Source: Eledone cirrhosa (lineage: Eukaryota). Taken from it: 64,000 nucleotides of DNA. Of this stretch, positions 40,550 to 56,000 are shown in pieces (positions within the stretch are counted from its first letter, which is position 1; every line of letters starts with the position of its first letter). The notes under the pieces were generated by a model. It was not told where the DNA came from. It made no database searches and saw nothing but the letters and a program-made list of their open reading frames with translations. The position numbers and the translations under genes were made by a program. The stretch is taken from the NCBI GenBank assembly GCA_964016885.1, contig OZ024743.1:291090001-291154000 (forward strand). The letters are read 5' to 3'.

Positions 40550-40680
40550 ATAGTAATAATAATAAATGCAAAGACTAAAATCCAAAGAGGGCTCAATGAG
40601 TTTCAGAAGATTCCGTTAAAGGTGAAAGCAGCGATTCTTTGCTTAAACTGTTATTAAAATCTGTTATTTTAATAAATAAA
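40550..40680 (+). repeat. Short version of the 37157-37690 element, hammerhead-like fold at 40599-40649
   Basis: AAGACTAAAATCCAAAGAGG joined to AGTTTCAGAAGAT.CCGTTA..GGTGAAAGCAGCGATTCTTTGCTTAAACT. Confidence 0.78.
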
Positions 40681-41029
40681 TAAATAAATATATATGTATA
40701 TGTATATGTATATATAGAGTAAATACCGATTGCATCAAATGTAATATTTTTTCTTTAGCGAAGTATCCGCGCTGGCACTAACCATAAAACGAATTCATAT
40801 CCTCAGTAATTAAATTTAAGGAGATACAGTTTTAAACGGTCAAGTTTACTTTTATTTCTTCTTTAATACGGTAGTAGCAGCAATCACATAAGTCAGCGTT
40901 ATTTCTTACACTTTTTGCTATTATTTTACTTTTACATAATAATTCAGTAAACAAACCAGTAACAAACTTTTATCTAATAATTTTGTATGCTTTTGAATAT
41001 ATTCTATATATTTGGATGGAGAATATATT

Positions 41030-41575
41030 CTATACATTGGACGGAAAAATGGCTGGGACCCCCAGGTATAGATAGTTCTTCTTTGTTTCATGCCATTACT
41101 TTACAAATAGAGGGTTACATATCATAGTGTTGTCTTGTTTGGAGTTCGAATAATCCTTTGGTGAATATCCTGAATAACTTCCGGTGTATGGACTGTAGTG
41201 TCGCTTTGTTTTGCCATATGCTCTGACCCACGTACCGGGTCAATTCTTAACTAACATTGTTCTCTTCCTTTTTGCCGGCAATCCTTTAAACTGAAACTTG
41301 ACTTCAAAACATTCACCCATTCGCACATATGCTACCACAATCTTTACTTTTTCCACTATTGAATATGTCATCATGCAAAAAAAGGCTAGAGATATTCTCT
41401 CCATGCAATTTTACAATAAACTCCAGTGGTGAGTAGAACTTAGCACGTATGCGACTAATGTGTCATCGTTGTTCAGCAGTTACATGTGTTAGAAATCGAA
41501 CAATGAAACTCCCAAAAGGAAAGGCTGGCTGATGTTTCCCGTGTGTAAAATGTATTTCTGTGTGTACCCTATGCT
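41030..41575 (-). mobile_element. Possible Tc1/mariner transposase N-terminal relic
   Basis: Minus strand from about 41371 reads MTYSIVEKVKIVVAY..F..KF..LP.KR..LVK, resembling the HTH start of Tc1/mariner-type transposases; no clear TIR pair. Confidence 0.35.
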
Positions 41576-43786
41576 ACGGACCTCGGCCAACGTTTACCTG
41601 CACCACCCAGGCACAGTAATTCCAGTACCATATATGAATACTTCTATTCCACCATAGGGAAACATTATTCTTAATTAGCTACTAACTATTTTTAATAATA
41701 AGAGAAATTAAATGCTTGAAATGCCAAATAATGAGTGTAAAATTAAACCCTACGTTTAGGTTATGCGTATTGTTCGGCCTTCAAATCATGTAAATTTATT
41801 ATATCGACATATTACTTTGAAAACCTGCCTCTTATTTAAGTCATATTATTCTATTTTGTATATACTAAGATTCAACGTTATCCCAGCACTTAATAAATAA
41901 ACGATTCATAAGTTCGGTATAAGCTATATGCTGTTGTCATAGGGATTATGACTGGATTTCTCATTAGGAACGGTTGACACTGCGTTGTATGAAAGAAGTA
42001 TCTGTACAAGTGATTAGCGAGAATATTCCGTATTTTCTTTATGATATATATGGATTACTCATCTAGAAGTACGTTTTCCATGCCTCCTTGTCTTTACAGT
42101 TTAGACGTATTTACGTCATACACATCGGTAAAGTATTTGGATTCTATCGATATATCCAATGAATACAAAGGTTTATGCTATATTAATAATTCTAGTGTTA
42201 CATAATGCTGATATGTGAGAGAATATCTGTAACATTATACATAGCGTTGAAAACGAAGTAAACTTCCATACAAATAAAAAAATCATAGGTAACGAAAAAA
42301 GTGAAAATGCGTAAAGGTGTATTTAATTATGTTCTTTTTCTTTAATACGGCAGCATGAATATTTGTATAATTGTTACATTAAATTGATTTAATATTTGTC
42401 AAATACTAGTGGTTTCGATTGGTATGTCAATCTTTTTAAATAAAAATGTTTGCTCTCACATTCTCTGAGCAATAAAAAATCTGTGAAATTTCTGTTCAAA
42501 TTTTTTCTTCTGTGCGGTGGTAGTGGAGATGGACAGTTCTGTGTTCAAATGATTCAAGAGAAAATTACCTTGATTTCTCTATTCATAAAGATTGGACTAG
42601 AGAGCATTTCTTTGTCCTGTGGTGAGTTCTTGCGTCAAATTATTTTCAGGGTCTTTTTAAAATAGCTGGTAATAGCCAGGAGTGGATAATTTTTCTTTTC
42701 TTGTTTTGTGCTGTGTGTGAAGTGTATATGTGTGTGAGTTCCATCAAGTTTATAGTTAGGGTACGTAAATAAAAACACGAGAGAAGAGTGGTAATATATA
42801 TATGTGTGTATAAATGTAACCTGAGTTTTTCGAATATTAATAATAACATTAGATTCATTTGCAAACAAGCCTCAATTTTATAGCCAAGTCAGTAGAATGA
42901 ACCATCATTCTTGGCCTTGTGTTGAGACACACATACACTTATATATATATATATAATTTTTAAACATAAAAAATGACTTCTATAGGAAAAGAGAGTGGAT
43001 GATATTTATAGGTTTTCTCGTTGCTGGGGATGGTGGGATAGCCTATTTTAAGGAACAGATATCAAAATGTAGTGGATAAGAGAAGAGTGAGGTGGGAAAT
43101 GGGGTAGAGAAAGAGATATTACACATCATAAATAGCAGGCATAAAATTATTAACAAAGGCTCTGAAACACAAAATTAATACGACATTGCGCAGAGTATAT
43201 ATTTAATGCTTTAGTAATTGATGTTAAATAGACCCCCAAATCATTACTCAAAAATTCATAAATATATAGATACATTAAAGTACAAATATCTATAAGTAAA
43301 ATTAGTATTTAGTGAGAAAATCTAGTCCAGAAAAAAAATTTGGAATACGTATAAAAAATTTAAAAAATAAACTATCAGTTCCTACATGCCTTACTACGAG
43401 TCAAGCGACAAATCTGGTAAATTGATACCCTAGCTAGTTCACAATCAGCAACGCAGACTGGAACAAATATTTCCTGCACATATAAGAACTGCTACTTGAG
43501 AAATTTGGACATATGCTTACTGGTCAGCGAAGTGGGACTACTATGGTCGGTAACGTATCAATGGAACTTCATATCTCGTTTAGATGTGTGTCTCCAAAGA
43601 ATACGTAGGGCAGTTCTTATACAACTGTCATACGTCTTTGAAATAGGTATAACAAATTAAATAGGGATGTACGAACAGCACCGTCTTTCTTTTTTATTAT
43701 TATGATAAAAATCCAGATTAACAAAAACCGTGGTGCTTCACATCTGTTAAAAAATTTGGAGGATTTTCAATCAACCAACTTTCTTC

Positions 43787-43825
<39 letters not shown>

Positions 43826-43829
<4 letters not shown>

Positions 43830-44487
43830 CGTTATTTTGTGGGCCGAGATTCTGATTCTCGATTATTTACTTGTATTAATCTCCAGGCTTTAGCTATTGA
43901 CCAGTTAATTTTATTGATTTTTTAGTTGATCTTATTGACTGATGAATAGCTCTTGTTTATTTTAACACGTCTGTTGAGATATGTGATTTTTTGTATTCTT
44001 ACAAAATTTACACTTTACTGAATTATTTCGCCATATATAGGGGTTCCCTCCCTTGCTGGACTACACGTGCGTTCAGTATCGGGTCCCCCTTTTTTTTAAC
44101 GAAACATCCGCTGAGAAAGCAGTTTCCTCGTTCGTCTCTTTACTAGAAGTCAGATATATTTTTTTATGTGGGCTGACAGTAATTGATTAAGGATCTGCAG
44201 AAATCCAAAAAGCTAGAATTTAACAAACTTCTAGCGGGTCCGGGTGAGTTTTTACATTCATTTAATTTATTAATTTATTAATTTATTATTTGAGTGACCC
44301 GAATAATTTTCCAGGTCGTTTTTTTTCGGCTGTGCGAATGATTTTAGGCATCGTCTCTATGTGTTGGTATCTTAACGATAGTTATAGCTCTGCTTTATCC
44401 AAACTATTGAGCCCTCTGCCACACATGTCGAAGATTGTTTATCGTTATTTCGTGGGCCGAGATTCTGATTCTCGATTATTTACTTAT
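43826..44487 (+). repeat. About 47-bp direct repeats (43826-43873 / 44440-44487) bounding a (TA)n-embedded segment
   Basis: TATCGTTATTT(T/C)GTGGGCCGAGATTCTGATTCTCGATTATTTACTT occurs twice. Confidence 0.75.
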
Positions 44488-44834
44488 ATATATATAGAGA
44501 GAGATATATATATATATGTGTGTGTGTGCGCGTGTGTGTGTGTATGTGTGTGTGTGTTTGTGTGTGTGTGTGACATAGGACAACTCAAGTCAACTATGCT
44601 GCTACCACCACATTAACAAGGAAGAGAGAGTTAAAGAGAGAGAAACGAAAATGTGAACTTCTTATCTGTAAACAATGGAAATAATTACATGTTTAATATT
44701 CTCTTCGAATTAATATACAACTTAACTTTATTATATGTTATTTCTAGTAAGAGGAATTCGAAACTTCTATCGACTGAAACTTTAAAAAAATTGTGTTTCT
44801 GTTTTTCCATTAAACATTCTATTAAAAATTCTAT

Positions 44835-45450
<616 letters not shown>

Positions 45451-46178
45451 TCGGTGTACATAGAAATGCGTATCTTTTTTTTTTTTCCTTGTCTGAACTC
45501 TATTAATACGTATTTAGTTTCTATATGACTCACAGAAAATCACAGAAAATAGAATTATTCCCTGAATTATGTGTTCATGATTAACAAACCTGAACCTATT
45601 CCAGGTTGCAATTTCGTATGCTGAATTATATTATTCTGTCTATATTCATATGTGTGCATATACATTTAATACATGTACATATAAATGTATACGGTTACAT
45701 ATAAATGCATATCAATATTACGAAAACCAACATGCTTAGAAACATAAGAATATGATCCAATAAAAATTCAACCATACAAACAATATTTGATTTACGATAT
45801 GATCTTAAGGATCAGTGCACTTTGCAGCAGTTGATATAATCAGGAAACAAATGAGTCAGAAAGATCAATAGATATAAATGTTTACAAAATATAAGAATAT
45901 ATATACGAGGAATAATGAATATTGTATTGCAAAATAATATGATAGCGCCCTTTCGATGATATCTATGCGATGTTATGATTTAAATTTGTCCAACGATAGT
46001 TTCATATATATTACAATTCATAATGCATGATTTAATTACAGATAATGAAATAAAGAAAAATATAACATGAAATCTTACGTTTATTTGAAAATAACTACTT
46101 TAATTTGTTTTATGTTTGTGGTGTTGAGGATACATATATGTATATATATATATTTTTATATTACATAAATAAATATAT

Positions 46179-46284
<106 letters not shown>

Positions 46285-46557
46285 GTAGTGTATGTGTGGA
46301 TTGAATTTACGTACCAGACGGATATGTGTATCAACTGGAGACTCGAGACCGTTTGATTATATAGTAAATGGGGTATTAAAATTATGTATATAGTACATCA
46401 GGTTATCTATTATATTTTCCAGGTTTTAAAAGTTATATATATATATATATATGTGTGCGTAAATGAAGTAATTCCGTCGGAAAAGTCCAGGAAAAAAGAG
46501 TGCTCTGTGTAGGTAACAGAGCTTAGTAGTTATGTAATAAACAACATAAGGCAATTA

Positions 46558-46617
46558 TTCCATTAACCAGTGGTTTCTTAAAGGCAAAAAATGTTGCTTT
46601 CAATCATCAGAATGAAA
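46558..46617 (-). ncRNA. Type I hammerhead ribozyme (family D, copy 1)
   Basis: TTTCATT-CTGATGA-TTGAAAGCAA..TTGCCTTTAA-GAAAC-CACTG-GTT-AATGGAA. Confidence 0.82.
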
Positions 46618-46663
46618 AAATCCTGGTCTATTTATTGAATTGGATTCTTAAAAAACCTAGGTG

Positions 46664-46852
46664 ATCAGAGCAAACATTACGGACTCTCTATCTCAAAATA
46701 ATTTTTGAAAAGCATTTAGAAATGCGTAACCGGTAAAACTTAAAACCAAAACTGAATACTAACCAATACAATTACTAATTCTCATTTATTCCTAATTAAA
46801 CAATTTTTCACTGTGAACAATTTGTCAGCATTTTCTATTCCGTTTACCAATA
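46664..46852 (+). repeat. Family C element, hammerhead-like fold at 46700-46740 (A13 mutated)
   Basis: Homologous to 22806-22995; joined head-to-head to the family D copy. Confidence 0.82.
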
Positions 46853-46888
46853 TATAATAACTTGTGTGTTACACCTCCATTCTTTTAA

Positions 46889-46920
<32 letters not shown>

Positions 46921-47088
46921 ATGTGGGTGTGTGTGTGTGTGTGTGTTTATATATATATATATGTTTGTATATATATATATATATATATAAATGAAGTAAT
47001 TCCGTCGGAAAAGTCCAGGAAAAGAGAGTGCTCTATGTAGGTAACAGAGCTTAATTATTATTATGTAATAAACAACATAAGGCAATTA

Positions 47089-47148
47089 TTCCATTTACCA
47101 GTGGTTTCTTAAAAGCAAAAGGTTTTGCTTTCAATCCTCAGAATGAAA
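47089..47148 (-). ncRNA. Type I hammerhead ribozyme (family D, copy 2)
   Basis: Reverse complement of 47246-47305. Confidence 0.88.
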
Positions 47149-47245
47149 AAATGAAAAAATCCTGGTTTGTTTATTGAATTTGGATTTTTTTTTTTTTTTT
47201 TTTTTAAATCCAAATTCAATAAACAAACCAGGATTTTTTCATTTT

Positions 47246-47305
47246 TTTCATTCTGAGGATTGAAAGCAAAACCTTTTGCTTTTAAGAAACCACTGGTAAA
47301 TGGAA
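47246..47305 (+). ncRNA. Type I hammerhead ribozyme (family D, copy 3)
   Basis: Helix I TTTCATT/AATGGAA; CTGAGGA; helix II TTGAAAGCAAAA/TTTTGCTTTTAA; GAAAC; helix III ACC(act)GGT; GUA at 47296-47298. Confidence 0.9.
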
Positions 47306-47655
47306 TAATTGCCTTATGTTGTTTATTACATAATAATAAATATATATATATATATAAATATAAGAAGAAAGAAGAATACTGCGTGGTTTGCACATGGGTT
47401 ACATATGATAAAAATAGTCCTTCGTCAGTATTTTCCAACCATCATTGGTATTTCATAATATTAAAAATCAGATACCTCAGGTTGGTGCGAACAATAACTA
47501 AAAAAAGTTATTGGGACCAGAATTCGCGTAAGGCGAGGGGGACAAGTAAACAACATAGAAGGATAAAAGCAAACCGAAGATAGGAAAATATCTATATATA
47601 TATGTTTATATATCTATATATATATGTTTGTATATATATATATATATATATATAT

Positions 47656-47725
<70 letters not shown>

Positions 47726-50274
47726 ACGGATAAAGTTTTGTGTGCGTAGATCAGTGTTAAAACAAATATAAGATTGTCCAAAAAGAGAGGTCGATACATT
47801 ATTCAGGAGGACGATCACGGGTAATACTATATTTAAATGCATAGGAAAACAAACGACTAGGCATGAAGTATAGATTAACAGTGAAGAATGTAATCAAAGT
47901 TCATCCTTTAACACGTTTTAATTCAGTATCAGTCTATGAGTGTTGGTAGCATAGTAATATTATTATTCTACGCATGCACCAACAATACATTAAATATTGC
48001 ATGTCGTCAGAAAGATTTCAAAATTCGAGTTTAGGTCGCTGCATCTTGAAGTAAAAATATTCTTACTGCTATCCACTCGGTTAAAAGGCAACTACACTGA
48101 TAGAGTTGTGGTAGAAAAGATATATGTCGGAGGGACAAAGAAAGTAAAAAAAAATATAGATAAATAATAAAATAATAAAAAAGAGATAGGAAAAAGAGGA
48201 AAGACTGCGGGGTGTAAGCATAGTTATATATAAACACACCTGTACACTTAACTAAATGCATATATATATATACACACCTACATATATACATGCATATTTA
48301 TATACACGCATATACTCATACCCAACATATATACACGCATACGCTCACTCACACGTATACATACATAAACACATATATATATATATATACTCATAAATGT
48401 GCGTATACGTATACAAATATGCTTCTACGTATATAACATATAATCGCTTACGCACATATACATACATCTATACACATACATATATACACATGCACACACG
48501 TACACATATATACTTATTCATATATATGCTCATATGCGCACATATTTATATAAATATATAAGATCACATTTGTATATATACACGCTTACATACTAACACA
48601 TGTACACATCTATACACACTCATATAGACAGATACATATACAGACATATACAGCCATGAAGGAGAATTGTGAACAGTTAAAATATATAGTTAAGTAGCGA
48701 GTAAGAAAGTAATGTCAGTGAAAGAAATAGGAAGGGTGGATGAATTTCCCTGATCGAACTGTATAATAGTTGATGGCAGTTATAATTGTTTTTTACTAGA
48801 CTGCCATAAATTGAAGGATACATTGGGGAACTAATTAGTAAAATAAATTGCGACTTAAGATACTAACAATTAGAGATTGGGTAGGAGCAAATGTAGGGTG
48901 GAAAATAGATGTAGGATCGAATCTAATGCAAGTCAAAGAGGAAAAATTAAAGTTTAATTTATGCAACTAAACGGGTATAAAGGAAATATATTATAAGAGT
49001 AGGATATTTAGATATGAGAACAAAATTATGTTAATATGGGTGTTACCTGGTGAATGTACGTACATTTCTATGTTGACAATTAATAATTCTGTCATGGAGA
49101 GAGTTTAACAGATCAGAGCTCGACATAATTTCCGTTACCTCCATCACACAAATGTCACACGAGCGCCTTTCATTCTGGTATGGACGTGCGAATATTAATA
49201 CGGACCAAGAAAGAGAGTGCAATCTGTGTTGTTATGTTTCAAGTCCCAAATCTTCTTGGTGAGGGCGGTCGAGTTATTAAGATTAGGTTTCTTAAATAAA
49301 TGTGAGTGCACGTACCATCTACACTTAAAAAAGTTGGGGGTTGCACTCACATATCTATACATCCCTAACTTAGTTTCATGTATGTACGTGTGTATCTATA
49401 GGTGAGTGTGCTTCATTGTTTGTGTGCGATCGTGTGAGATTTCTCATCTGCATTGAGAGTTAATCTTGCAATTATTTTCAATCTTTCATTGCATTTTGAT
49501 TTTATTGATTCGTTTCGCTAGAATGCATCCGTAATACTCTTCATTCCGGATATCGTTGATGTTGGAAAATATGTTTATGATTTAGTGATATTCACGTTCC
49601 AGTGCCTGTAATAATTCTGATGATTATGTTGATGATCATCACGATGATAATAATCATAACAATAAATAAAATTAAAATATATATGACTACTTGCTTTTCA
49701 GCAATATGTTTGATATCCCAATAAAATCCTTAAATGGGTAATTAATATTTCATTTCTCTCTAATATGACATATACCATACTTAAATTCCCTTAACACCTG
49801 TTACGTATTTCATTAAGGATGTGAGAGTAAGTGCATTATATTCAGATAATAATGATGAATTACATAAACAGAAGCCAGTATATTGTGCGAGTGGCTACCA
49901 GGTTATACCACATATCTGCAAACCACAACGTTGTTCATTGACCATGAAATTTTACATTCAAGATTAAACATAGAAGAAAATAAAATAATACGCGGACTAA
50001 AGTATACTATTTATTGATTATTAAAAAGTATTTATCCTACGGATTTTACCCTCCTCCAATGGTATATCAACACGAGACATGAGGTCAAGACGACTCGGTC
50101 TTAAATACCATCGGTAGCACTAACATTTTATTTAATCCTACTAAACGCGAGTATTTCCCTAATTGAAATATCAATATTTGTTAGCAGATACATGTATGTA
50201 TATATATATATAATAAATAAATAAAATAAACAGCTGATACATAAAAGTAAGTATGCATGAGTACACACACACCC

Positions 50275-50426
<152 letters not shown>

Positions 50427-50495
50427 TATGAAGAGAGAAGAAACATTTAGATATAATTAGTAATAAAATGTATCATACCTAAACTGTTCCTAAAT

Positions 50496-50583
50496 TCCTC
50501 GACTACGTAGTTTCGTGGCATAAACAAAAACAATATATCAAAGATATAGAGTCCTTGCGAGGTCTGCCGACTTATCAAGAGGA
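50496..50583 (-). ncRNA. Type I hammerhead ribozyme, U3-A8 variant (family E)
   Basis: Reverse complement of 51032-51119. Confidence 0.8.
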
Positions 50584-51031
50584 TACCTCATTTTACTAGT
50601 CTCAAGAACGCGTCTACACGACGTGAGAAAGAATCCCAAAAGGCGGAGAGGGAGATAGTCACGCGATATAACGGTCGAGAAACAGAGCTAAGCCTCTTAT
50701 AACCACGAAGAAAATACCACGGAGGCGGAGGGGGTATTCATATCGAGGCTGCAGAAGAGGTAGTGAAGAAGGCGAGAAGTATGGTCGAGCAATCTTTGAA
50801 GTGTGGGGACAACTGGAAAGCTTCCATTACTCATACTTCTCGCCTTCTTCACTACCTCTTCTGCGGCCTCGATATGAATACCCCCTCCGCCTCCGTGGTA
50901 TTTTCTTCGTGGTTATAAGAGGCTTAGCTCTGTTTCTCGACAGTTATATCGCGTGACTATCTCCCCCTCCGCCTTTTGGGATTCTTTCTCACGTCGTATA
51001 GACGCGTTCTTGAGACTAGTAAAATGAGGTA

Positions 51032-51119
51032 TCCTCTTGATAAGTCGGCAGACCTCGCAAGGACTCTATATCTTTGATATATTGTTTTTGTTTATGCCAC
51101 GAAACTACGTAGTCGAGGA
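51032..51119 (+). ncRNA. Type I hammerhead ribozyme, U3-A8 variant (family E)
   Basis: Helix I TCCTC/GAGGA; core TTGATAA; helix II GT(c)GGCA/TGCCAC; GAAAC; palindromic helix III ACTACGTAGT; GUC at 51112-51114. Confidence 0.82.
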
Positions 51120-51350
51120 ATTTAGGAACAGTTTAGGTATGATACATTTTATTACTAATTATATCTAAATGTTTCTTCTCTCTTCATAATGTATTTTTAA
51201 CTCTGATACTGGTTCAGTCTAGTTCAAACTGAATTGGTCTGTCCCAGTCATTCATTGAGCAACATCGGTGAAGTTGGCACCCTTAACTCACAGTTGGGTG
51301 CGGATGCATTCACGTATATATGTGTGTGTCCGCATGTATCTGTGTGTTTC

Positions 51351-51537
<187 letters not shown>

Positions 51538-51895
51538 CTGTATGTATATATATATATAGACACGCAGACATATGCATATAGAAATGTACGTATGGATTAT
51601 ATCGAACATTAATAATACGTTTCGATTCCATTGTAGATAAACAACCCTGATCGTCACTCGCTTTTACAACACTGGCTTTGAGGAAAAATCAACATATTTC
51701 TGGATCATTACCCTTCATCAGTACTCTATACCTTTGCTGAGGTGCGATGAACTTTTGATTCCAGAGTCGGGCTAGATTCATACAGATCGAACTTTGAACT
51801 GATCGATAGCGAAACGCGGGTCACTACTCAACAAATTTAATGATCATATAACAAATCATTGATGTTATTATTATTATTATTATTATTATTACAGC

Positions 51896-52967
51896 TGCAT
51901 TTATCTTGCTTTATGTTCATACGAGTTATCACCAATGACCTCAAGAGACAACAAGGTCCGCCATGTTCAAGAAAGAACATACATACTCACACATGCATCT
52001 TTAGGTGTTTAGACTTGTGATGTACTTATATTGACAGAATTTTCCTTAGTATATGGGCGTATTTCTCCCATACGCGGGTTTCCTGGGATTTGCGATAAGT
52101 AATCATTAGACCCCTTAGGTATCATTCCTAGAGAGCCTACAACCACTGGTATTGTTTTAGTTCTCAATTTCCACATTTTTCCAATTTCTATCTCCAGGTG
52201 CTTATACTTGCTCAATTTTTCAAATGTTTTTATAGATACATTCTTGTCTATTGGAACGGACATATCAATTAGCAGGCATACCCTCATTTTAAAGTCCTTC
52301 AATATTATATCAGTTCTATTTGCATCTATTTTTCGGTCTGTTTGGATGCTAAAGTTCCACAAGATTGAGATGTGATCTTTTTCAAGTATGGGTGGTGGTT
52401 GAGGCTCCCACCAATTCTTTTGATGGGGCAGGTCAAAATGCTTACACATTATCCAATGTATGTATTGTGCAGCTCTGTCATGCCTGTTTAGGTATTCGAT
52501 TGGAGCTATATGACTGCACATTGAAATTATATGGTCAATGGTGCTGGTTGTTTTTTTACATACACGGCATAATGGGCTGCATCCATTTTTTATTATGTTG
52601 GCTTGGTAATTTTTTGTTGGCAGACACTGATCTTGTGCTGATATAATCAATCCTTCAGTCTCCGATTTCAGAAGATGCCAACCACTGATGGGTTAAAGTT
52701 TTGTCAACATCAGGATTGTTAGCTCGTTCTGGGTATTTTCCATACAGAGGCTTTTCTTGCCATTTATTAGCCAGTTTGTGTAGCAGTTCTTTCTTTGCAG
52801 TTACTTTTACCTGCTTTGCTTTTTCTGTGTTTTCCATTTCAGCAGTAAATGGTACTTCTGAAATGTGTAGTCCATTACTGTATCTTTGTGCATATTTTGT
52901 AATGGAGTATGATCTTTTGGTGCTTTCGTGTTTCAAAACGAGTTTGATCATCCAATCATGTGATTCC
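51896..52967 (-). mobile_element. 5'-truncated copy of R4/Dong family A, in tandem behind the full-length copy
   Basis: Near-identical to 53011-54120 with small deletions; (TAA)n tail at 51865-51890. Confidence 0.95.
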
Positions 52968-53010
<43 letters not shown>

Positions 53011-56000
53011 TGCATTTATCTTGCTTTATGTTTATACGAGTTATCACCAAGTCACAACCAGTGACCTCAAGAGACAACAAGGTCCGCCATGTTCAAGAAA
53101 GAACACACATATTCACACATGCATCCTTAGTGTTTAGACTTGTGATGTACTTATATTGACAGGATCTTCCTTAGTATATGGGCAGTTCCCATTAGTACTA
53201 TCTTTTGTATTTCTCCTATACGCGGGTTTCCTGGGATTTGCGATAAGTAGTCGTTAGACCCCTTAGGTATCATTCCCAGAGCGCCTACAACCACTGGTAT
53301 TGTTTTAGTTCTCAATTTCCACATTTTTCCAATTTCTATCTCCAGGTCCTTATACTTGCTCAATTTTTCAAATGTTTTTATAGATACATTCTTGTCTATT
53401 GGAACAGACATATCAATTAGCAGGCATACCCTCCTTTGAAAGTCCTTCAATATTATATCAGGTCTATTTGCATCTATTTTTCGGTCTGTTTGGATGCTAA
53501 AGTTCCACAAGATTGAGATGTGATCTTTTTCAAGTATGGGAGGTGGTTGATGCTCCCACCAATTCTTTTGATGGGGCAGGTCAAAATGCTTACACATTAT
53601 CCAATGTATGTATTGTGCAGCTCTGTCATGCCTGTTTAGGTATTCGGTTGGAGCTATAGGACTGCACATTGAAATTATATGGTCAATGGTCTCTGGTTGT
53701 TTTTTGCATACACGGCATAGTGGGCTGCACCCATTTTTTATTATGTTGGCTTGGTAATTTTTTGTTGGCAGACACTGATCTTGTGCGGATATAATCAGTC
53801 CTTCAGTCTCCGATTTCAGTCCAGAGGATGCCAACCACTGATGGGTTAAAGTTTTGTCAACATCAGGATTGTTAGCTCGCTCTGGGTATTTTCCATACAG
53901 AGGCTTTTCTTGCCATTTCTTAGCCAGTTTCTGTAGCAGTTCTTTCTTTGCAGTTACTTTTACCTGCTTTGCTTTTTCTGTGTTTTCCATTTCAGCAGTA
54001 AATGGGACTTCTGAAATTTGTAGTCCATTACTGTATCTTTGTGCATCTTTTGTAATGGAATATGATCTTTTGGTGCTTTCGTGTTTCAAAACGAGTTTGA
54101 TCATCCAATCATGTGATTCCCTTAGATATGTGGATAATCCAATTGTTGCAGTTTTCAACGCAATGTCTAACTGGATTAACCCACGTCCTCCTTCTTTCCT
54201 AGGGAGATATATTCTATCTATGTCTGCCTTAGGGTGATGCATTCTGTGCATGGTTAAGAATTTTTGGATTTTTGTATCGAGCCTACGGATCTCTGTGCTT
54301 GACCAGTTGATGACATTGTAACTGTAGGTTACTACTGGTATGGCAAGCGTGTTTATGGCATCGATCCTATTCCTTGCATTCAATTCCGTTCTTAAGATTG
54401 CTCTGACTCTGCGGTAACATTCCTTCCTTATCCTTTCCCTCATTGTCGAGTGCTTGATTCCGTCTCCTTCACAAACACCTAGATATTTGTAAGTTTGTTC
54501 TTGATCAAGCTCTCTTATCACGTTCCCCCGATCAAGATTAATGTCTGAACTCTTCAGCAGCTTTCCTCTGGTGAACGTTGCTTTGGCGCATTTATCCAGT
54601 CCAAACTCCATTTTAATGTCATCACTGAACTGCTTCACAGTGGATAATAGCCCTTGCAATTGTTCATCATTTTTTGCAAATAGTTTCAGGTCATCCATGT
54701 AGAACAGGTGATTAATGGTTTTGTCATAGACTCTATATCCATGTTTTGTTTCATTGAGCATTTTACTTAATGGTATAAGTGCGATGCAGAATAAAAGCGG
54801 TGATAAAGAGTCACCCTGAAAAATTCCACAATTAATGTTAACTTCTCCAGCTTCCAGTGATTTTGTTTCACTATTCAAAAGGAGTGTCGTTCTCCATGTC
54901 CTCATACTGAATGACAAAAACCTCCTGACAACGGGGGATATTTTGAAAATCTCTAAACATTTTTCAATCCAACTGTGTGGCAAACTATCAAATGCTTTTT
55001 TATAATCTATCCAAGCAATCGATAGATTTTTGTGTCTATTATGACAATCTTCCAGTATCATTTTGTTAACCAGAAGCTGATCCTTACAGCCATATGAGCC
55101 TCGTTTACACCCTTTCTGCTCAATGGGAAATAGGTCATTTGTTATCAGGTGGTCATATGTGTATTCAGTTAGGACTGATGTTAAAATTTTATACATTGTG
55201 GTCAAGCAGGTTATCGGTCTGTAATTTTTGGGATTGTTTGTCTCATCATTCTTCGGTAGCAGGAATGTAATGCCGTTAACTAGCCATGATGGTATCTTTT
55301 CTGGCTCCTTAACTATTTCATTGTAAAGTTGGGCTAACAGCTCATGAGACTCTGTGAAGGCATTTATCCAAAAGTTTTGTATTTTGTCTTTTCCTGGGGA
55401 TTTCCATTTGCTGGTTTTTCTTAGAGCCAAGCGCAGCTGTTCAACTGTTATATTTTCCCATGTTTGTTCTTCAAGGTGAGCTGTTTCTTTCATTTGTCTG
55501 TCTATCCATGGGGCATGTATGTTATGAACTTTTTCTTCGGCCCAGATCTTTTCCCAGAATTCTTGCACTTCCTCCTTGGGTGGTATTGATTTAGCAGTTA
55601 TTGTTGACTTACCAATTTTTCTGTAGAAGTTTCTTTGGTTGTTTTTGAACATATTATTGTCCTTATAGAATCTAGATCGTTTTTCAAAGCGCCTTATACG
55701 AGCAGCTTTGGCCGACACTTTTTGCTTGATTGTTTCTATCAGCATGTCTATGTCACATGTTGATCTTATACTGTACTTTTTTTTTAATTTTCTAAGTTTA
55801 GTTTGTTTAACATGTTCACCTACTTTATAGTTTGTTAAAATTTCTATGTCAGATCGGAGAAGGTTTATTTGGCGATTGATGTTATCTTGCCAAGTAGATT
55901 TCTTGTGGGAATTCCTTTGTTTTTTCATCTTCACTCCACATAAGTGAGTGGTGACTTTAGCCGATGCATAATAGAGATGATTTAAGTCAGTAATGTTTAT

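Larger units (their letters stand above)
47055..47339. repeat. Near-perfect palindrome with 133/134-bp arms and a poly-T loop
   Basis: Arms 47055-47187 and 47206-47339 differ by one homopolymer indel; the left part also repeats 46460-46650 directly. Confidence 0.95.

Noticed and set aside
51600-51830. Several hammerhead-like motifs (minus CTGATGAAGGG...CCAGAAA; plus GAAACGCGGGTC)
   Set aside because: No helix I pairing could be built
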